Below are positions 63,268-64,000 of a DNA stretch of 64,000 nt, one piece after another. The DNA is taken from positions 124,001 through 188,000 of the forward strand of contig NIVC01002271.1 in NCBI GenBank assembly GCA_002269645.1, read 5' to 3'. Source of the stretch: Macrostomum lignano (lineage: Eukaryota). Numbering within the stretch: position 1 is the stretch's first letter; every line of letters begins with the position of its first letter. The notes beneath the pieces are model-generated. The model did not search any database, was not told the DNA's origin, and saw only the letters and a list, made by a program, of their open reading frames with translations. The position numbers were made by a program, and so were the translations under genes.

Positions 63268-64000
63268 GGTACACAATAACCTACTGCAATATCACGTGAC
63301 AGGGTACACAATAACCTACTACAACACCAGAGGATAAAGTACACAATAACCTACTACAACACCAGAGGATAAAGTACACAATAACCTACTACAACACCAG
63401 GGGATAAAGTACACAATAACCTACTACAACACCAGAGGATAAAGTACACAATAACCTACTACAACACCAGAGGATAAAGTACACAATAACCTACTACAAC
63501 ACCAGAGGATAAAGTACACAATAACCTACTACAACACCAGGGGATAAAGTACACAATAACCTACTACAACACCAGGGGATAAAGTACACAATAACCTACT
63601 ACAACACCAGGGATAAAGTACACAATAACCTACCACAACACCAGGGAATAAAGTACACAATAACCTACTACAACACCAGGGGATAAAGTACACAATAACC
63701 TACTACAACACCAGGGGATAAAGTACACAATAACCTACACAACACCAGGGGATAAAGACACAATAACCTACACAACATCAGGGATAAAGCACACAATAAC
63801 CTACCACAACATCAGGGGATAAAGCACACAATAACTACCACAACATCAGGGATAAAGTACACAATAACCTACTACAACATCAGGGGATAAAGCACACAAT
63901 AACCTACTACACACACCAGGGGATAAAGTACACAATAACCTACCACAACATCAGGGGATAAAGTACACAATAACCTACCAACAACACCAGGGATAAAGTA
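63268..64000. repeat. 35-bp minisatellite (GGATAAAGTACACAATAACCTACTACAACACCAGG)n, running off the window
   Basis: Period 35 with variants and no spacers. Confidence 0.95.

Overview
This is eukaryotic (invertebrate animal) genomic DNA with spliceosomal genes and an extreme density of unrelated minisatellite arrays. The style suggests a flatworm such as Macrostomum, but that is inference only. Host genes, in order: a divergent Na+/H+ exchanger (NHE/SLC9)-like fragment (-); an intact six-exon otopetrin proton-channel gene (+, 7754-11921); a Rab11-FIP3/4-like coiled-coil gene (-); a second otopetrin copy disabled by a nonsense codon, two frameshifts, a deletion and a Gypsy insertion (-, 30071-38631); an intronless, divergent TRPV-like channel (-); two paralogous secreted peptide precursors (+, 48026-48313 and 51176-51679); and a very divergent SLC4 bicarbonate-transporter-like gene (-, 5' end probably outside the window). 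Mobile DNA comprises a full-length APE-RT-RNase H LINE (R1/Loa-like) with a 12-bp target-site duplication, a Gypsy element with only its 5' LTR and a clear -1 ribosomal frameshift signal, two tRNA-derived SINE-like elements (one with a CORE-like domain) and two MITE-like elements. The best candidate for an undescribed system is the peptide pair. Both share a KR-released, two-cysteine mature peptide (GPExxxxRxxxCxxYRxHNWxxPxxxxC) that I do not recognise, and one copy gained repeated propeptides through a coding minisatellite. No database searches were run; family calls come from motifs recognised by eye.
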